A stretch of DNA of 64,000 bases from Candidatus Marinacidobacterales bacterium (GTDB taxonomy: Bacteria > Acidobacteriota > Vicinamibacteria > Marinacidobacterales > SMYC01): positions 5,696,001 through 5,760,000 of the forward strand of contig OZ250169.1 of NCBI GenBank assembly GCA_965237955.1. The letters run 5' to 3'. Every line of letters starts with the position of its first letter. The first letter of the stretch is position 1. A model generated the notes under the pieces. The model searched no databases and had not been told where the DNA came from. It was given only the letters and a program-made list of their open reading frames with translations. Position numbers and translations under genes: made by a program. This document shows positions 10,298 to 20,761 of the stretch, one piece after another.

Positions 10298-11598
10298 GCC
10301 AGTCGCGCTTCGCTTACCCGGAAAAACTCGCATTCGAGTGCACCCGCTGTGGTGATTGTTGCCGTGGCTGGCAAGTCATGCTCGGAGCGGGTGAGCCCGA
10401 GCGCTTGCAGGCGCTATATTGGCGTGGACACGCTGACGCTGACGATCTTGCCGATGCGTCGGTCGTAGTGAGACATGATAAACAGGGCAACCGCTCCATC
10501 CTTGCGCGTCGGGACGACGGTGCGTGTGTCTTCCTCGGGGACGAGAACCAATGCCGCATTCACGAACACTTCGGCGGTGACGCAAAGCCGTTGATGTGCC
10601 GTTTGTTCCCGTTCGGGTTCTTTCCCGTCGGCGATCGGATTGCGGTGGATGTTTCGTTCGCGTGCCGTTCGGTGAGTGAAGGCACCGGCCGGGCGCTGAA
10701 AGTTCGTGTGCCGGAGTGGACCAAGCTCGTCAGCGACACGAATGAAGACACTCGGCATCGGTTCTCGAAAAAATACGACGTCCACGGAACGCTCTTGTGG
10801 GAGCTCGAGCACCACCTGCTCGAGCTTCTATCGAACCGGTCCCTCTCTTTCGTCGAACGCGTTCGTGCCGTCTCGGAGTTCATCCGGCTGGCGACGACGA
10901 GCGATCCGCGTACCGACGCCGCGCGCCAGCTGAGACAAGTCATGGTGTCCGGTATTCCCGCGCTCGTTCGTGAGAGGAAGAGTGGCGAGCCCCTGAACAT
11001 GATGACCGTAAGGATGGACAAGACCCAGCGGGCGATCTTTTTTCATCTCTTGTTCCTTCACCTCAATCCGACGCCCCCCGAGCTCTCCGCTGCATCCCGG
11101 AAAACGCGCCACAAAGAAGTGAAGCGTCGCGTCCAAGCGGCTGACGGGTACAAGTACCCGAAAGCGTGTCCGTGGCTCGATAACAGTGAGCTCGACGTCG
11201 ACTACCGCGCGATTGCCGCAGTCGATTCCGGCTACCTCGGAAAAGACACGGGTGCGGAGCTCATGGAGCGCTATTTCGAGGCCAAGGTCGTTGGGCAGCG
11301 ATTCATGCGGGAAGGAGAAAGGGAGCTGCCGTTCATCGAAGCCGTCCCCCGGCTCCTTTTGCTCTTCCCGATGCTCGTGTGGACGGCCAAAGCGCTCGCC
11401 GCGGCCGAAGGCGCCGGAGAAGTAGCCGAGGCCCATGCGCGCCGAGGGCTCCGCCTGCTCGATAGAAGCTTTGGCGAAGTGCGGTTGTCGGAGCTTCCCG
11501 TCAAGCAACGGAAAGCGTGGCAGTTCGTGTTGCTCGAAACCGAGCTTGCGACATGCGCGAACCTCGACATGCTCGCCGGCACGGAGAGTGGGGTGTAG
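10294..11598 (+). CDS. YkgJ family cysteine-cluster protein with a long C-terminal extension
   Basis: FECTRCGDCC...CVFL...CRIH...KPLMCRLFPF; TTG start overlaps the upstream stop. Confidence 0.8.
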   Translation: MSQSRFAYPEKLAFECTRCGDCCRGWQVMLGAGEPERLQALYWRGHADADDLADASVVVRHDKQGNRSILARRDDGACVFLGDENQCRIHEHFGGDAKPLMCRLFPFGFFPVGDRIAVDVSFACRSVSEGTGRALKVRVPEWTKLVSDTNEDTRHRFSKKYDVHGTLLWELEHHLLELLSNRSLSFVERVRAVSEFIRLATTSDPRTDAARQLRQVMVSGIPALVRERKSGEPLNMMTVRMDKTQRAIFFHLLFLHLNPTPPELSAASRKTRHKEVKRRVQAADGYKYPKACPWLDNSELDVDYRAIAAVDSGYLGKDTGAELMERYFEAKVVGQRFMREGERELPFIEAVPRLLLLFPMLVWTAKALAAAEGAGEVAEAHARRGLRLLDRSFGEVRLSELPVKQRKAWQFVLLETELATCANLDMLAGTESGV

Positions 11599-11601
11599 CT
11601 C

Positions 11602-12087
11602 TTGGCGTCGCTTCCGAACTGGCATCCGTTTCTCGTGCACTTTCCCATCGCGCTATACACGACCGCGTTCGTATGTGACGTGTCGCTTTTGGTTCGCTTC
11701 CGGCGCGGTTGGTTGGATCGCGCCTGTGTGTTGCTGTACGTCGGCGCCGCCCTCTCGTCTGGCGCGGCTGCGCTCAGCGGCAAGCGCGCGGCGGACGCTA
11801 TGGCCGATAGCCTCGCGCCGGTTGTCAACGAAGCGGTGGCACTTCACGGCGAGTTGGCGTTTTTCTCTGTGGTTTTGTTGTTTGTCGTGGCCGCGATGCG
11901 ATTCGACACGACGTGGCGCGACCGACGCGCGGCCAATCCGAAGTTGCACCGAATGCGGTGGTTAACGGTCGCCTTGTCCATGATCGCTCTCGGGGTCGTG
12001 GTGAACACGGCCGTTCGGGGTGGAGAGCTCGTTTATCGTTACCGGGTTGCGGTCCAAGACCGTGGGATAATTCCAGAGCGGAGGTAA
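11602..12087 (+). CDS. DUF2231-type membrane protein
   Basis: HPFLVHFPIAL, conserved internal His, four hydrophobic segments, GGELVY. Confidence 0.8.
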   Translation: MASLPNWHPFLVHFPIALYTTAFVCDVSLLVRFRRGWLDRACVLLYVGAALSSGAAALSGKRAADAMADSLAPVVNEAVALHGELAFFSVVLLFVVAAMRFDTTWRDRRAANPKLHRMRWLTVALSMIALGVVVNTAVRGGELVYRYRVAVQDRGIIPERR

Positions 12088-12093
12088 CTACAG

Positions 12094-13209
12094 GTGGGGC
12101 GTGCAACGGAAGAGGGGACTGCCGCGTTTGCAGCGGCCGCCATCAAACGCGACATGGCTTCCGAGCACTTTCGTGAGGCGGAAGGTTTGAAGCTATCGAC
12201 GATCGGATTCGGCACCTATCTCGGTGACAACGATGACGCCACCGACGACGCGTATCGAACGGCGATCGTCGAAGCGGTCTCGATGGGTTGCAACGTTCTC
12301 GATTCCGCGAGCAATTATCGCTGTCAGAGAAGCGAGCGCACGGTGGGCGCGGCGCTCCGCGAGCTGGAACGTGACGGTTACGAGCGCGAGCAGCTCGTCG
12401 TCGCGACCAAAGGCGGCTACATCCCTTTCGACGACGCGCCGCCTTCCGATCCTGGAGCGTACGTTCGGGAACGCTTCGTCGATCGTTCGGTTTTTACCCT
12501 CGAGGATATCGCCGGAGGTAGCCACGTGCTCGCGCCGTCGTTTCTTCGGGATCAACTCGAGCAAAGCCTCGAGAACCTCGGCGTCGATTCGATCGACATC
12601 TATTACCTGCACAACCCGGAGGCGCAACTCCTGTCAGTGGACCGTGAGATGTTCGAGGCGCGACTCCTTGCCGCGTTCGAGCTCCTCGAAGAAGCGGTGA
12701 GCGAAGGGAAAATCGGGTGCTACGGCACCGCGACGTGGAACGCCTACCGGGTCGCCTCCGACGCGAAAGACTACGTCTCCCTCGCTGATGTCCTCGCTCT
12801 CGCACGTGACGTGGCTGGAGACGGACACCACTTCCGCTTCGTGCAGGTGCCTTACAACTTGGCGATGACCGAGAGCTTCACGACACAGAGCCAGAGTGTC
12901 GACGGCGAGGACCTGTCGCTCTGTCAGGCGGCCGACTCCCTCGGTGTGTATCTCGTGTCCTCCGCGAGTCTCGCTCAAGGTCGTCTTACCAACGGCTTGC
13001 CCGACTGGCTAGGAACGCTCTTCAAAGGCTTCGACACGGATGCGCAGCGCTCGCTTCAGTTCGTCCGCTCGACCCCGGGCTTCGTCAGCGCCCTCGTGGG
13101 AATGAGGTCGGTAGCCCACGTCCGCGAAAACCTCGCAGTTGGAAGAGTTGCGCCCGCTCCCATGGAAGATTTCCTGAAACTCTTCGAAGTCGATTCGTCT
13201 CAAGGTTGA
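12094..13209 (+). CDS. Aldo/keto reductase
   Basis: IGFGTYLG, DSASNYR, TKGG, DIYYLHNPE, VGMRS..HV.EN. Confidence 0.92.
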   Translation: MGRATEEGTAAFAAAAIKRDMASEHFREAEGLKLSTIGFGTYLGDNDDATDDAYRTAIVEAVSMGCNVLDSASNYRCQRSERTVGAALRELERDGYEREQLVVATKGGYIPFDDAPPSDPGAYVRERFVDRSVFTLEDIAGGSHVLAPSFLRDQLEQSLENLGVDSIDIYYLHNPEAQLLSVDREMFEARLLAAFELLEEAVSEGKIGCYGTATWNAYRVASDAKDYVSLADVLALARDVAGDGHHFRFVQVPYNLAMTESFTTQSQSVDGEDLSLCQAADSLGVYLVSSASLAQGRLTNGLPDWLGTLFKGFDTDAQRSLQFVRSTPGFVSALVGMRSVAHVRENLAVGRVAPAPMEDFLKLFEVDSSQG

Positions 13210-13289
13210 CCGATTGGACCCTGTGAAAACAAGATTTTGCGAAATGTAAATGAAAATGTGCGCTATATCACCGTTTTTCACCTGCATTT

Positions 13290-13430
13290 AGAGGTATTTA
13301 TTCTCCTCGTGGTGAGGGTAGAGTCCCCAACCCAAAACCAAGGTGTGCGGAAGTTACTCTACCCCCGACCCCCAACCAGGGGTTAGTGGAGACAACGCAT
13401 CCCCCCAGCTCTGCTCTCACCACATACCCA
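13290..13430 (+). ncRNA. Candidate structured small RNA
   Basis: 15-bp stem 13309-13323 / 13409-13423 whose two mismatches are G-U on the + strand; C-rich loops; AT-rich promoter-like tract upstream; lies between convergent genes. Confidence 0.35.
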
Positions 13431-13491
13431 CCCAGAGCGACACAGGCGCTCGAAAACGAACACAGCCCAGCTGAGTCGTAACCCACGTCTC

Positions 13492-13697
13492 TTAACGCAA
13501 AGACGCCAAGCAACGCTGAATGCGGCTCTTGGCGCCTTCCGACGCCCACTTGGGCTACGCGCTCCCGTTTCGACAGGATCGCAGGAATCTGAGGAACTGA
13601 GAACGAGAACAGAGGGCGCCGAGGATGACGCCGGACAGAAAGACGCCGCGCCGAAGGCGCTCACTTGCGCCTTTGCGACCCTGCGCCTTTGCGTTGA
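13492..13697. repeat. Inverted pair of ACGCAAAGACGC-type REP-like repeats
   Basis: TTAACGCAAAGACGCCAAG at 13492 and CTTTGCGACCCTGCGCCTTTGCGTTGA ending at 13697; same family at 16969 and 53919. Confidence 0.7.
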
Positions 13698-13768
13698 GTT
13701 TTTCTTCGCCGGAGAACAAGCTTTTTCTTGGTCAGTAGTACACGGTCTCGCCAGTCGACCGAAGCCTC

Positions 13769-15289
13769 CTAGCTCTTGGTTTCGAGCCGAGGCCAGAGCG
13801 GAGGGCCTTTTTCGCATCGAAGCTCACCGGCCGCACCCCACGGTGCATCGATGGCGAGACGCGCGCTGGTTGCGTCTTTGGGGAACCCGAGACGCCGCAA
13901 GATCTCCTTCGACGAGCCAGGCATCACCGGAAGTAAGAGCAGTGCGGCGATGCGCGTCGCTTCGGCGGTGTCGTAGAGTACCTGCGCCAAGCGCTCACTC
14001 GCGGACGGATCTTTCGCGAGTGCCCACGGCTCCGATTCGGTGATGAACTCGTTCACCGCGTCGATGAGGCCGAACGCCGCTGCCGCGCCGTCGTGAAGCG
14101 CCAACGCCTCCATCGCGTCGACGTAGCGCGACATGGAAGATTCGGCGATGGCGCGCAGCGGGCCCGACGCCGACGGCGGAGCGAGTCGAGCGTCGAGATA
14201 CTTCTCCGCCATGGTGGTGATGCGGCTCACGAGGTTGCCAAGGTTGTTCGCGAGGTCGGCGTTATAGCGAGTTTTGAATCTCTCCCACGAGAAATCGCCG
14301 TCTTGTCCATAGACGATCTCGCGGGTAACGTAGACGCGCAACGGATCGGGGCCGAAGCGCTCGGCCGCATCGAGAGGGTCGACGACGGCTCCGAGGCTTT
14401 TACTCATCTTCTCGCCTTTGAAGGTGACGAACCCGTGGCCGAACACTTGGCCCGGAAGTGGTACGCCTGCGCTCATGAGCATCGCCGGCCAGTAGATGCA
14501 GTGAAAACGGGTGATGTCCTTGCCGATGATGTGAAGGTCTGCCGGCCACCACTTGTCGACGAGATTATCGTCCTGTCCGAATCCGAGCGCTGAGATGTAA
14601 TTGATGAGCGCGTCCACCCATACGTAGACCACACTATCGGGATCGAACGGAACCGGGATGCCCCACTTCTGACTCTCGCGGCTAATCGAAAGGTCTTCGA
14701 GGCCGGACTCGATCACGTTGAGAATCTCGTTCCGGCGAATCTCGGGAACGAGAAACTCGGGATGAGCGTGATAGTGATCGAGAAGCGGCTTTTGGTATTT
14801 CGAGAGCTTGAAGAAGTGGTTGCGCTCCTCGAGCCATTCGGGCTTGGTGTGATGGAGCGGGCAGTTGCCGTCGACGAGATCCTTCTCGAGCTTGAAGCCC
14901 TCGCACGAGTTGCAGTACCAGCCATCGTAGCTGCTCTCGAACACGTCACCGGCATCGTAGATGCGCTGGATGAGTGCTTGCACCGATGTTTCGTGCCGCG
15001 GCTCCGTCGTCCGGATGAAGTCGTCGAACGAGATGTCGAGCTTGGCCCAAACGTCCTTGAACTCGGCCTCCATCGTGTCGCAATACGCCTGCGGCTCGAC
15101 GCCTAGCTCTTGGGCTTTCTTGAACACGTTGAGTGAGTGCTCGTCGTTGCCCATCACGAAATGGGTGTCGTAACCGTTCAGTCGCTTGAACCTAGCGATG
15201 ACGTCGGCGGTGATCTTCTCGTACGCCGTCCCCAGGTGTGGGCGGCTGTTGACGTAGTCGATGGCAGTGGTGAGATAGAACTTGGGCAT
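13769..15289 (-). CDS. metG: Methionyl-tRNA synthetase (no C-terminal OB domain)
   Basis: FYLTTAIDY...PHLG (HIGH), CNSC...CPLH knuckle, GKDITRFH, KMSKS. Confidence 0.97.
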   Translation of the reverse strand: MPKFYLTTAIDYVNSRPHLGTAYEKITADVIARFKRLNGYDTHFVMGNDEHSLNVFKKAQELGVEPQAYCDTMEAEFKDVWAKLDISFDDFIRTTEPRHETSVQALIQRIYDAGDVFESSYDGWYCNSCEGFKLEKDLVDGNCPLHHTKPEWLEERNHFFKLSKYQKPLLDHYHAHPEFLVPEIRRNEILNVIESGLEDLSISRESQKWGIPVPFDPDSVVYVWVDALINYISALGFGQDDNLVDKWWPADLHIIGKDITRFHCIYWPAMLMSAGVPLPGQVFGHGFVTFKGEKMSKSLGAVVDPLDAAERFGPDPLRVYVTREIVYGQDGDFSWERFKTRYNADLANNLGNLVSRITTMAEKYLDARLAPPSASGPLRAIAESSMSRYVDAMEALALHDGAAAAFGLIDAVNEFITESEPWALAKDPSASERLAQVLYDTAEATRIAALLLLPVMPGSSKEILRRLGFPKDATSARLAIDAPWGAAGELRCEKGPPLWPRLETKS

Positions 15290-15371
15290 CCTTTTCAGCA
15301 TTTTAGCAGAACGATTGGGTTTGACACCGCTCGGGTGGGCCTTTAATGTCCCTTCGACATTGGAGTCACAC

Positions 15372-16961
15372 ATGAACGCATGGAAAACTTGGGTAGGCAC
15401 GATATCGACGAGCCTCGTCCTCGTCATTCTCGTCGGGGCGGCGTTCGCATCGGAATGGCCGAAGGGGCCCGATGGGTTCGTGATTACCGGGGCTCGTATC
15501 GTCACCGGAACCGGGGAGGTCATCGAAGACGGGACTATCGTCATGGCTGACGGACTCATCGTGGCAATAGGAACCTCGGGCGGGGCCCAGGCGGGGACGT
15601 CCGACGTTCCCGCGGGCGCATGGGTCATCGACGGCACCGGTAAGACCGTTTATCTCTCGGCTGCGGACGAGCTGACCCTCGCCGACGAGCGGATGGAGAA
15701 ATGGCGAAGCTCCGCTTTCACGTCGACGTTGACTCGTGGGGCTTCGGCTCAGGAACCGCCGCAGAGTCATGAACAAGATCGAGCACGGCAGTTGCATGAG
15801 GAAGTGCCGCTCATTGATGGGCATAACGATCTTCCGTGGCAGTACCGTAAGGAAGTGAACCGGCGCATGTCGGAGTTGGATATCGCCGAGAGTCAGGCCG
15901 GCCTCCATACGGATATCGCTCGTTTGCGCGAAGGCGGCGTCGGAGCCCAGTTTTGGTCCGTGTGCGTTCCGGCGAGCCTCGAGGGAGCGGACGCGGTACG
16001 AGCGACGATCGAGCAAATCGATGTCGTCTACGAGCTTACCCGCCGGTATCCGGATACGTTCGAGACGGCGTTCACCGCTGACGACGTCGAGCGCGTGTTC
16101 GCCTCCGGCAAGATCGCGTCCATGATTGGGATGGAAGGCGGCCATTCGATCGATAGCTCGCTTGCGACGCTGCGCATGTTCTATCGACTCGGTGCCCGTT
16201 ACATGACCGTGACCCACTCTCGTAGCACTCCTTGGGCGGACTCGGCGACCGGCAAAGCGAGCTCGAGTGGACTTTCGGAGTTCGGAAGCGAAGTGGTCCG
16301 CGAGATGAACTGGCTCGGAATGCTCGTCGATTTGTCGCATGTGTCACCGGCGACGATGCACGACACCCTCGATGTGGTCCAAGCACCGGTGATATTCAGC
16401 CACTCGTCGGCGAAGGCGCTCAGCAATCACGCGCGGAACGTTCCCGACGACGTGTTGCGGCGATTACCCGAAAACGGTGGTGTCGTCATGGTGAGCTTCG
16501 TGCCGCAGTTCACGTCGCAAGACGTGAAGGACCACGGCGAGAGCCGCAACGCCGAGCGCGACCGTCTGGAGGGGCTCGCCGGTTCGACTGATGCGAATGA
16601 CGCGAGCGTCCGGGACGGTCTGGCTGGGTGGGATCGGCAAAACCCGGCGCCGAAAGCGACGCTATCGCAGGTGGCGGACCACATCGATCATATCCGCGAC
16701 GTCGCCGGCGTCGACCACATCGGACTCGGTTCGGACTTCGACGGCATCTCCACGGTGCCGCAAGGCCTCGAAGATGTCTCCACGTTCATCGACTTGACCC
16801 GGGAGCTCCTCGCGCGCGGCTACAGCGACGAGGACATTCGTAAGATTCTCGGAAAGAACCTGCTACGAGTGATGCGCTCCGCCGAACAAACCGCGGCGCG
16901 CTTGCACGAGGAACGAGGTCCTTCCGAAGCCATCTTCCCCGGCCGCACAGGTTGGAATTGA
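15372..16961 (+). CDS. Membrane dipeptidase (M19) with an extra N-terminal amidohydrolase beta-sandwich fragment
   Basis: LIDGHNDLPW, GMEGGH, VDLSHVS, IFSHS, GLGSDFDG; N-terminal ITGARIVTG...VIDGTGKTVY. Confidence 0.88.
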   Translation: MNAWKTWVGTISTSLVLVILVGAAFASEWPKGPDGFVITGARIVTGTGEVIEDGTIVMADGLIVAIGTSGGAQAGTSDVPAGAWVIDGTGKTVYLSAADELTLADERMEKWRSSAFTSTLTRGASAQEPPQSHEQDRARQLHEEVPLIDGHNDLPWQYRKEVNRRMSELDIAESQAGLHTDIARLREGGVGAQFWSVCVPASLEGADAVRATIEQIDVVYELTRRYPDTFETAFTADDVERVFASGKIASMIGMEGGHSIDSSLATLRMFYRLGARYMTVTHSRSTPWADSATGKASSSGLSEFGSEVVREMNWLGMLVDLSHVSPATMHDTLDVVQAPVIFSHSSAKALSNHARNVPDDVLRRLPENGGVVMVSFVPQFTSQDVKDHGESRNAERDRLEGLAGSTDANDASVRDGLAGWDRQNPAPKATLSQVADHIDHIRDVAGVDHIGLGSDFDGISTVPQGLEDVSTFIDLTRELLARGYSDEDIRKILGKNLLRVMRSAEQTAARLHEERGPSEAIFPGRTGWN

Positions 16962-16968
16962 TCCTTTT

Positions 16969-17010
16969 TCACCGCAGAGGCGCAAAGAGCGCAGAGGCAA
17001 CGCAGAGAAA
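16969..17010. repeat. CACCGCAGAGGCGC-type REP-like repeat (single arm)
   Basis: TCACCGCAGAGGCGCAAAGAGCGCAGAGGCAACGCAGAG directly after the dipeptidase stop. Confidence 0.6.
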
Positions 17011-17089
17011 AACAAAGCAGGGACGCTGAAAGGCGACGGTGTAGGGCGAACGGCACGAAGTGCTAGTCGGCGCCCTAACGTTCCGCCCG

Positions 17090-17322
17090 TTTTTTTCTCT
17101 GCGAGTCCTCTCGAGGTCGCTCAATAAGGGCATCGGGGCGAATAGACCCTGCTTGAGGTAGCGCTTTCCGTCCGGAAACTGGACGGCCGGGAGCATATAG
17201 AACAAGGTCTGGAACGGGTCCTTCGCTGGGACGCGATACATGAGAGCCGGCTGTGCATTCAGTCGGGCAGCCTCCGCGTTCGATACTTCAGCCATCAAGA
17301 CAGTCAATCCCAAGAGGTTCAT
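17090..17322 (-). pseudogene. Possible internal fragment of an FAD-dependent oxidoreductase
   Basis: FYMLPAVQFPDGKRYLK resembles a sarcosine-oxidase-like segment; no start or FAD motif. Confidence 0.3.
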
Positions 17323-17323
17323 C

Positions 17324-17937
17324 CCGAAATTGAATGGGACTTTCGCCTGGAGCAGGTGAGGACGATCAATGCTTCGGGGCACAAGTATGGTCTGGTCTAT
17401 CCGGGGATCGGCTGGGCGATCTGGCGAGACGAGGCGGATATTCCCCAGAGTCTGGTTACGGAGACGAACGTGTTGGGTTTTATCGAAAGATCGTTCAGTC
17501 TCAACTTCTCACGCGGCGGCGCGATGATTCTGGCCCAGTACTACAACTTCATCCGTCTTGGGCGGGAAGGGTATACGAGAATTCAGAACGCGATGCGCGA
17601 AAACGCGCGATATCTTGCCAAAGGCATTACGGAAATCGGCAAGTTCGACATCCTCAACGGAGGTGAACTCACTCCGAGCTGTATTAGCAAACTTAAGGAT
17701 GAGAGCAAATACAATGCGGCGGATTTAGTCGCGGTGCTCGCTCAAAGAGGTTGGACTATTCCTGCCTTCAGTTTGCCGCCCGCGGCCGACCATGTGAACG
17801 TTCTGCGAATGAACGTCAGAGAGCAGTTCAGCCGCGACATGGCGGACATTCTGATCGGGGACATCAAGCAAGCGATCGACAAACTCGAAGCAACTCACAG
17901 CGAACCGCATGGCACGGTGGGCACGCACCACCACTAA
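17324..17937 (+). pseudogene. gadB: Glutamate decarboxylase, 5'-truncated
   Basis: PEIEWDFRL..V.TINASGHKYGLVYPGIGW (PLP lysine), LNFSR, QYYNFIRLG; N-terminal half missing. Confidence 0.85.
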
Positions 17938-19382
17938 CTGGTTACGTTCGCTCACGTGCGCGGCCGTTAAGGTTTGAAAGATAAATCAGGGAGATGTCCC
18001 GGCCGCTGTTGAATTTGGTCGGGTAGCGGCGGCACCTGTGAATACTCTTAGGCAGCAACCTCATCGCTGTCAAGAGATTTCTGTTTGCTTCTAAGCGCGT
18101 GAACGAGAGCGCCCATATGGCGATAGCCTTTGATACGGTGAAACTTTTTCTCCGCCGTGACGACGCCGAGAGCGGTCCATCGGCGAATCATGGAAGGACT
18201 CTTCCACCGCTTGACGTTTCTCGAGACTCTGCGGATGGTGCCGTTGAGATTCTCGATGGCGTTTGTCGTGGCCAGAGATTTGCGAAGTAACTCGGGTAGA
18301 GCGAGCTTCACAACCGTGAGGGTCTCTTCCATCCCTTCGCGAAGGCTTCCGGCAGCTTCGTCGTAGCCGTTTCGCTCGAGCCACGACACCAATGCCTGAA
18401 GTCGCTTGCGCGCCTTGTCGGCACTCTTGCATTTGTACGCTTCCTTCATTGTCTGGAGCACGTAGGCGTGACGGGACTTGGGAAGGTACGAGCGTAGATT
18501 TCGTAGTTTGTGGAGCTGGCATCTTTGGATAACCGCGAGATCCCCAAAAACGTCGACGAGTGCTTTGCGGATCCCTTTGCCTCCGTCCACTACGCAGAGA
18601 ATCGATTCGTCGATCCGCAATCCCCGCTCGAGAAGGTTCTGCAACATCGCGGTGCACACCGAGTTTTCCGTCGAGCCCAGCCATATACCCAAGGGCACCT
18701 TCGTTCCATCTATTGTGATACCGAGAGTTACGACGACGGTCTGTCCGGCCACCTCAAGGCCATCCAGCATCAGTGCCGCAAGCTCGAACTCCTCTAGCCG
18801 CCGAGACAGGTATTCCTCGAGCTTCTTAGTCGTCTGGCTCACGAGGTGACGGCTGGCGGCACTCTTGCTCGTGCCACGAGACTTCAACTTCGCCGAGGGT
18901 TTGTCCAGACTCGATTCGTAATTTCGGGTCGATACCCCCACCAAGATCTGGTTCAGCACTCGCTCCGGAAGCGGGTCTTCTTCGCGGAAGGCTTCGAAGT
19001 GTGGAAGCGACGCCTCCTCGCCCGACTTCGAACGAACTCGAGGTCGCGACACTTGGATTCGACGACCGCCGAAGCTCAGCTCCCCATCCGTGCTCCCCCA
19101 GTGGTTATGAGTTCGCTCCTTCTCGTGCTTGCCCTTCGGCCCCGCGATCTTCTCCGCGTCCTCTCTCAGGAGTAGGTGCAATGCGGTCAGTCCTTGCTCG
19201 TACACCCATTCCGTCAGGTCCGCCTTCGTGGCCGCGATCCCAGCTATCATCGGTAGCAGTATCTGACCGACTTGGCCAACTACCTTGCCCGTAGGCGAGT
19301 GCGTTTGCTTTCTTACTGGCTTCTTTGATTTCTGAACCGCCCCGGGTTTTCCGGAGACTCCAACTCTTGAGAGGATGGAGTC

Positions 19383-19703
19383 ATGACAAGACGAAGCAGG
19401 TATTCACCGGAGGTAAAAGAGCGCGCAGTGCGGATGGTTTTCGACCAGCAGGCTCAGCACGAATCTCAGTGGTCAGCGATCTCATCGATTGCGTCGAAGA
19501 TTGACTGTACGCGGGAAACGCTACGCACGTGGGTGCGGCGAGCAGAGCGTGATGCTGGGAAACGAGCGGGACTGACGACGGACGAGCGTCAGCGGCTGAA
19601 GGAGCTTGAGCGAGAGAACCGTGAGCTAAAGCGGGCGAACGAGATCCTTCGCAAGGCGTCGGCGTTTTTCGCCCAGGCGGAGCTCGACCGCCGACCGAGG
19701 TGA
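19383..19703 (+). CDS. IS3 transposase OrfA
   Basis: [21 protein letters not shown], leucine zipper [22 protein letters not shown]. Confidence 0.93.
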   Translation: MTRRSRYSPEVKERAVRMVFDQQAQHESQWSAISSIASKIDCTRETLRTWVRRAERDAGKRAGLTTDERQRLKELERENRELKRANEILRKASAFFAQAELDRRPR

Positions 19704-20614
19704 TGTCGTTCGTCGACGAGAACCGTGAGAGTTACGGGGTCGAGCCGATCTGCCGGACGCTCCCGATCGCCCCGTCGACATATTACGAGCAGAAAGCGCG
19801 AGAGAAGGACCCAAGCCGCCTGCCAGCGAGAGCGAAGCGCGACGTTCAGCTCCGCGGCGAGATTCGTCGTGTACGGCAAGAGAACTTTGACGTGTATGGC
19901 GTGCGCAAGGTGTGGCAACAGCTGTGTCGAGAGGGCAGCCAAGTGGCCCGGTGCACCGTGGCCCGTCTGATGCGTGAAATGGGGCTTCAGGGCGCGGTCC
20001 GTGGACGTCGATTCAAGACGACGAAGCCGGATTCGAGCGGCGCTCGCCCGATGGACCTCGTGGAGCGCGACTTCAACGCCACACGCCCGAACGAGCTCTG
20101 GGTTTCGGACCTGACCTACATCGCCACGTGGCGCGGCTTCGTGTATGTCGCCTTCGTCATCGACGTCTTCGCTCGACTCAGCGTCGGTTGGCGAGCGACG
20201 ACATCGTTGACTGCCGGCATCGCTCTCGATGCGTTGGAGCAGGCGCTGCACGAGCGCCGACTAAACCCAGAAGATCAATTGGTGCATCACAGCGATCGCG
20301 GCGTGCAGTACGTCTCGATCCGTTACACCGAGCGGCTCGCCGAGGCGGGCATTGAGCCGTCCGTCGGCAGCCGAGGCGACTCTTACGATAACGCTTTGGC
20401 TGAATCCATCATCGGCCTCTACAAGACCGAGGTGATCCGTCGACGTGGGCCCTGGCGTGGTCTCGAAGACGTTGAGTTCGCCACCCTCGAGTGGGTCCAT
20501 TGGTACAACACGCAACGACTCTTGGAGCCGATCGGAAATGTCTCCCCCGTCGAGTACGAGATGAACTACTATCGGTCGCAGGAAGGCTCGCTAGAGATGG
20601 CGAGACTCAACTAA
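19700..20614 (+). CDS. IS3 transposase OrfB
   Basis: YGVRKVW, WVSDLTY, HHSDRG, DNALAES. Confidence 0.93.
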   Translation: MMSFVDENRESYGVEPICRTLPIAPSTYYEQKAREKDPSRLPARAKRDVQLRGEIRRVRQENFDVYGVRKVWQQLCREGSQVARCTVARLMREMGLQGAVRGRRFKTTKPDSSGARPMDLVERDFNATRPNELWVSDLTYIATWRGFVYVAFVIDVFARLSVGWRATTSLTAGIALDALEQALHERRLNPEDQLVHHSDRGVQYVSIRYTERLAEAGIEPSVGSRGDSYDNALAESIIGLYKTEVIRRRGPWRGLEDVEFATLEWVHWYNTQRLLEPIGNVSPVEYEMNYYRSQEGSLEMARLN

Positions 20615-20761
20615 AACAGTCTCCGGAAAACCCGGGGCGGTTCACTCCTTGGCATGGTGGCTCCTTGTCCCCCTCTGGAGACGGTTGGTTTGGCAGACCT
20701 ATTCTTAGGCCGGCCAAGGAGCCGCCGCTACCCCAAATTCAACATCCGGCGGGACATCCCC

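Larger units (their letters stand above)
19333..20644 (+). mobile_element. IS3 family (IS51-like) element, complete
   Basis: IRs TGAACCGCCCCGGGTTTTCCGGAGACT at both ends; orfA + orfB; flanks TTC/CTC. Confidence 0.96.
17990..20761 (-). mobile_element. IS256 family element (copy A), interrupted by an IS3
   Basis: Ends GGAGATGTCCC (17990) and GGGACATCCCC (20761); transposase 18048-20655 (GVSTR, LDG, VVDGGKG, QRCQLHK, TTNAIE) split at 19333-20644. Confidence 0.92.
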
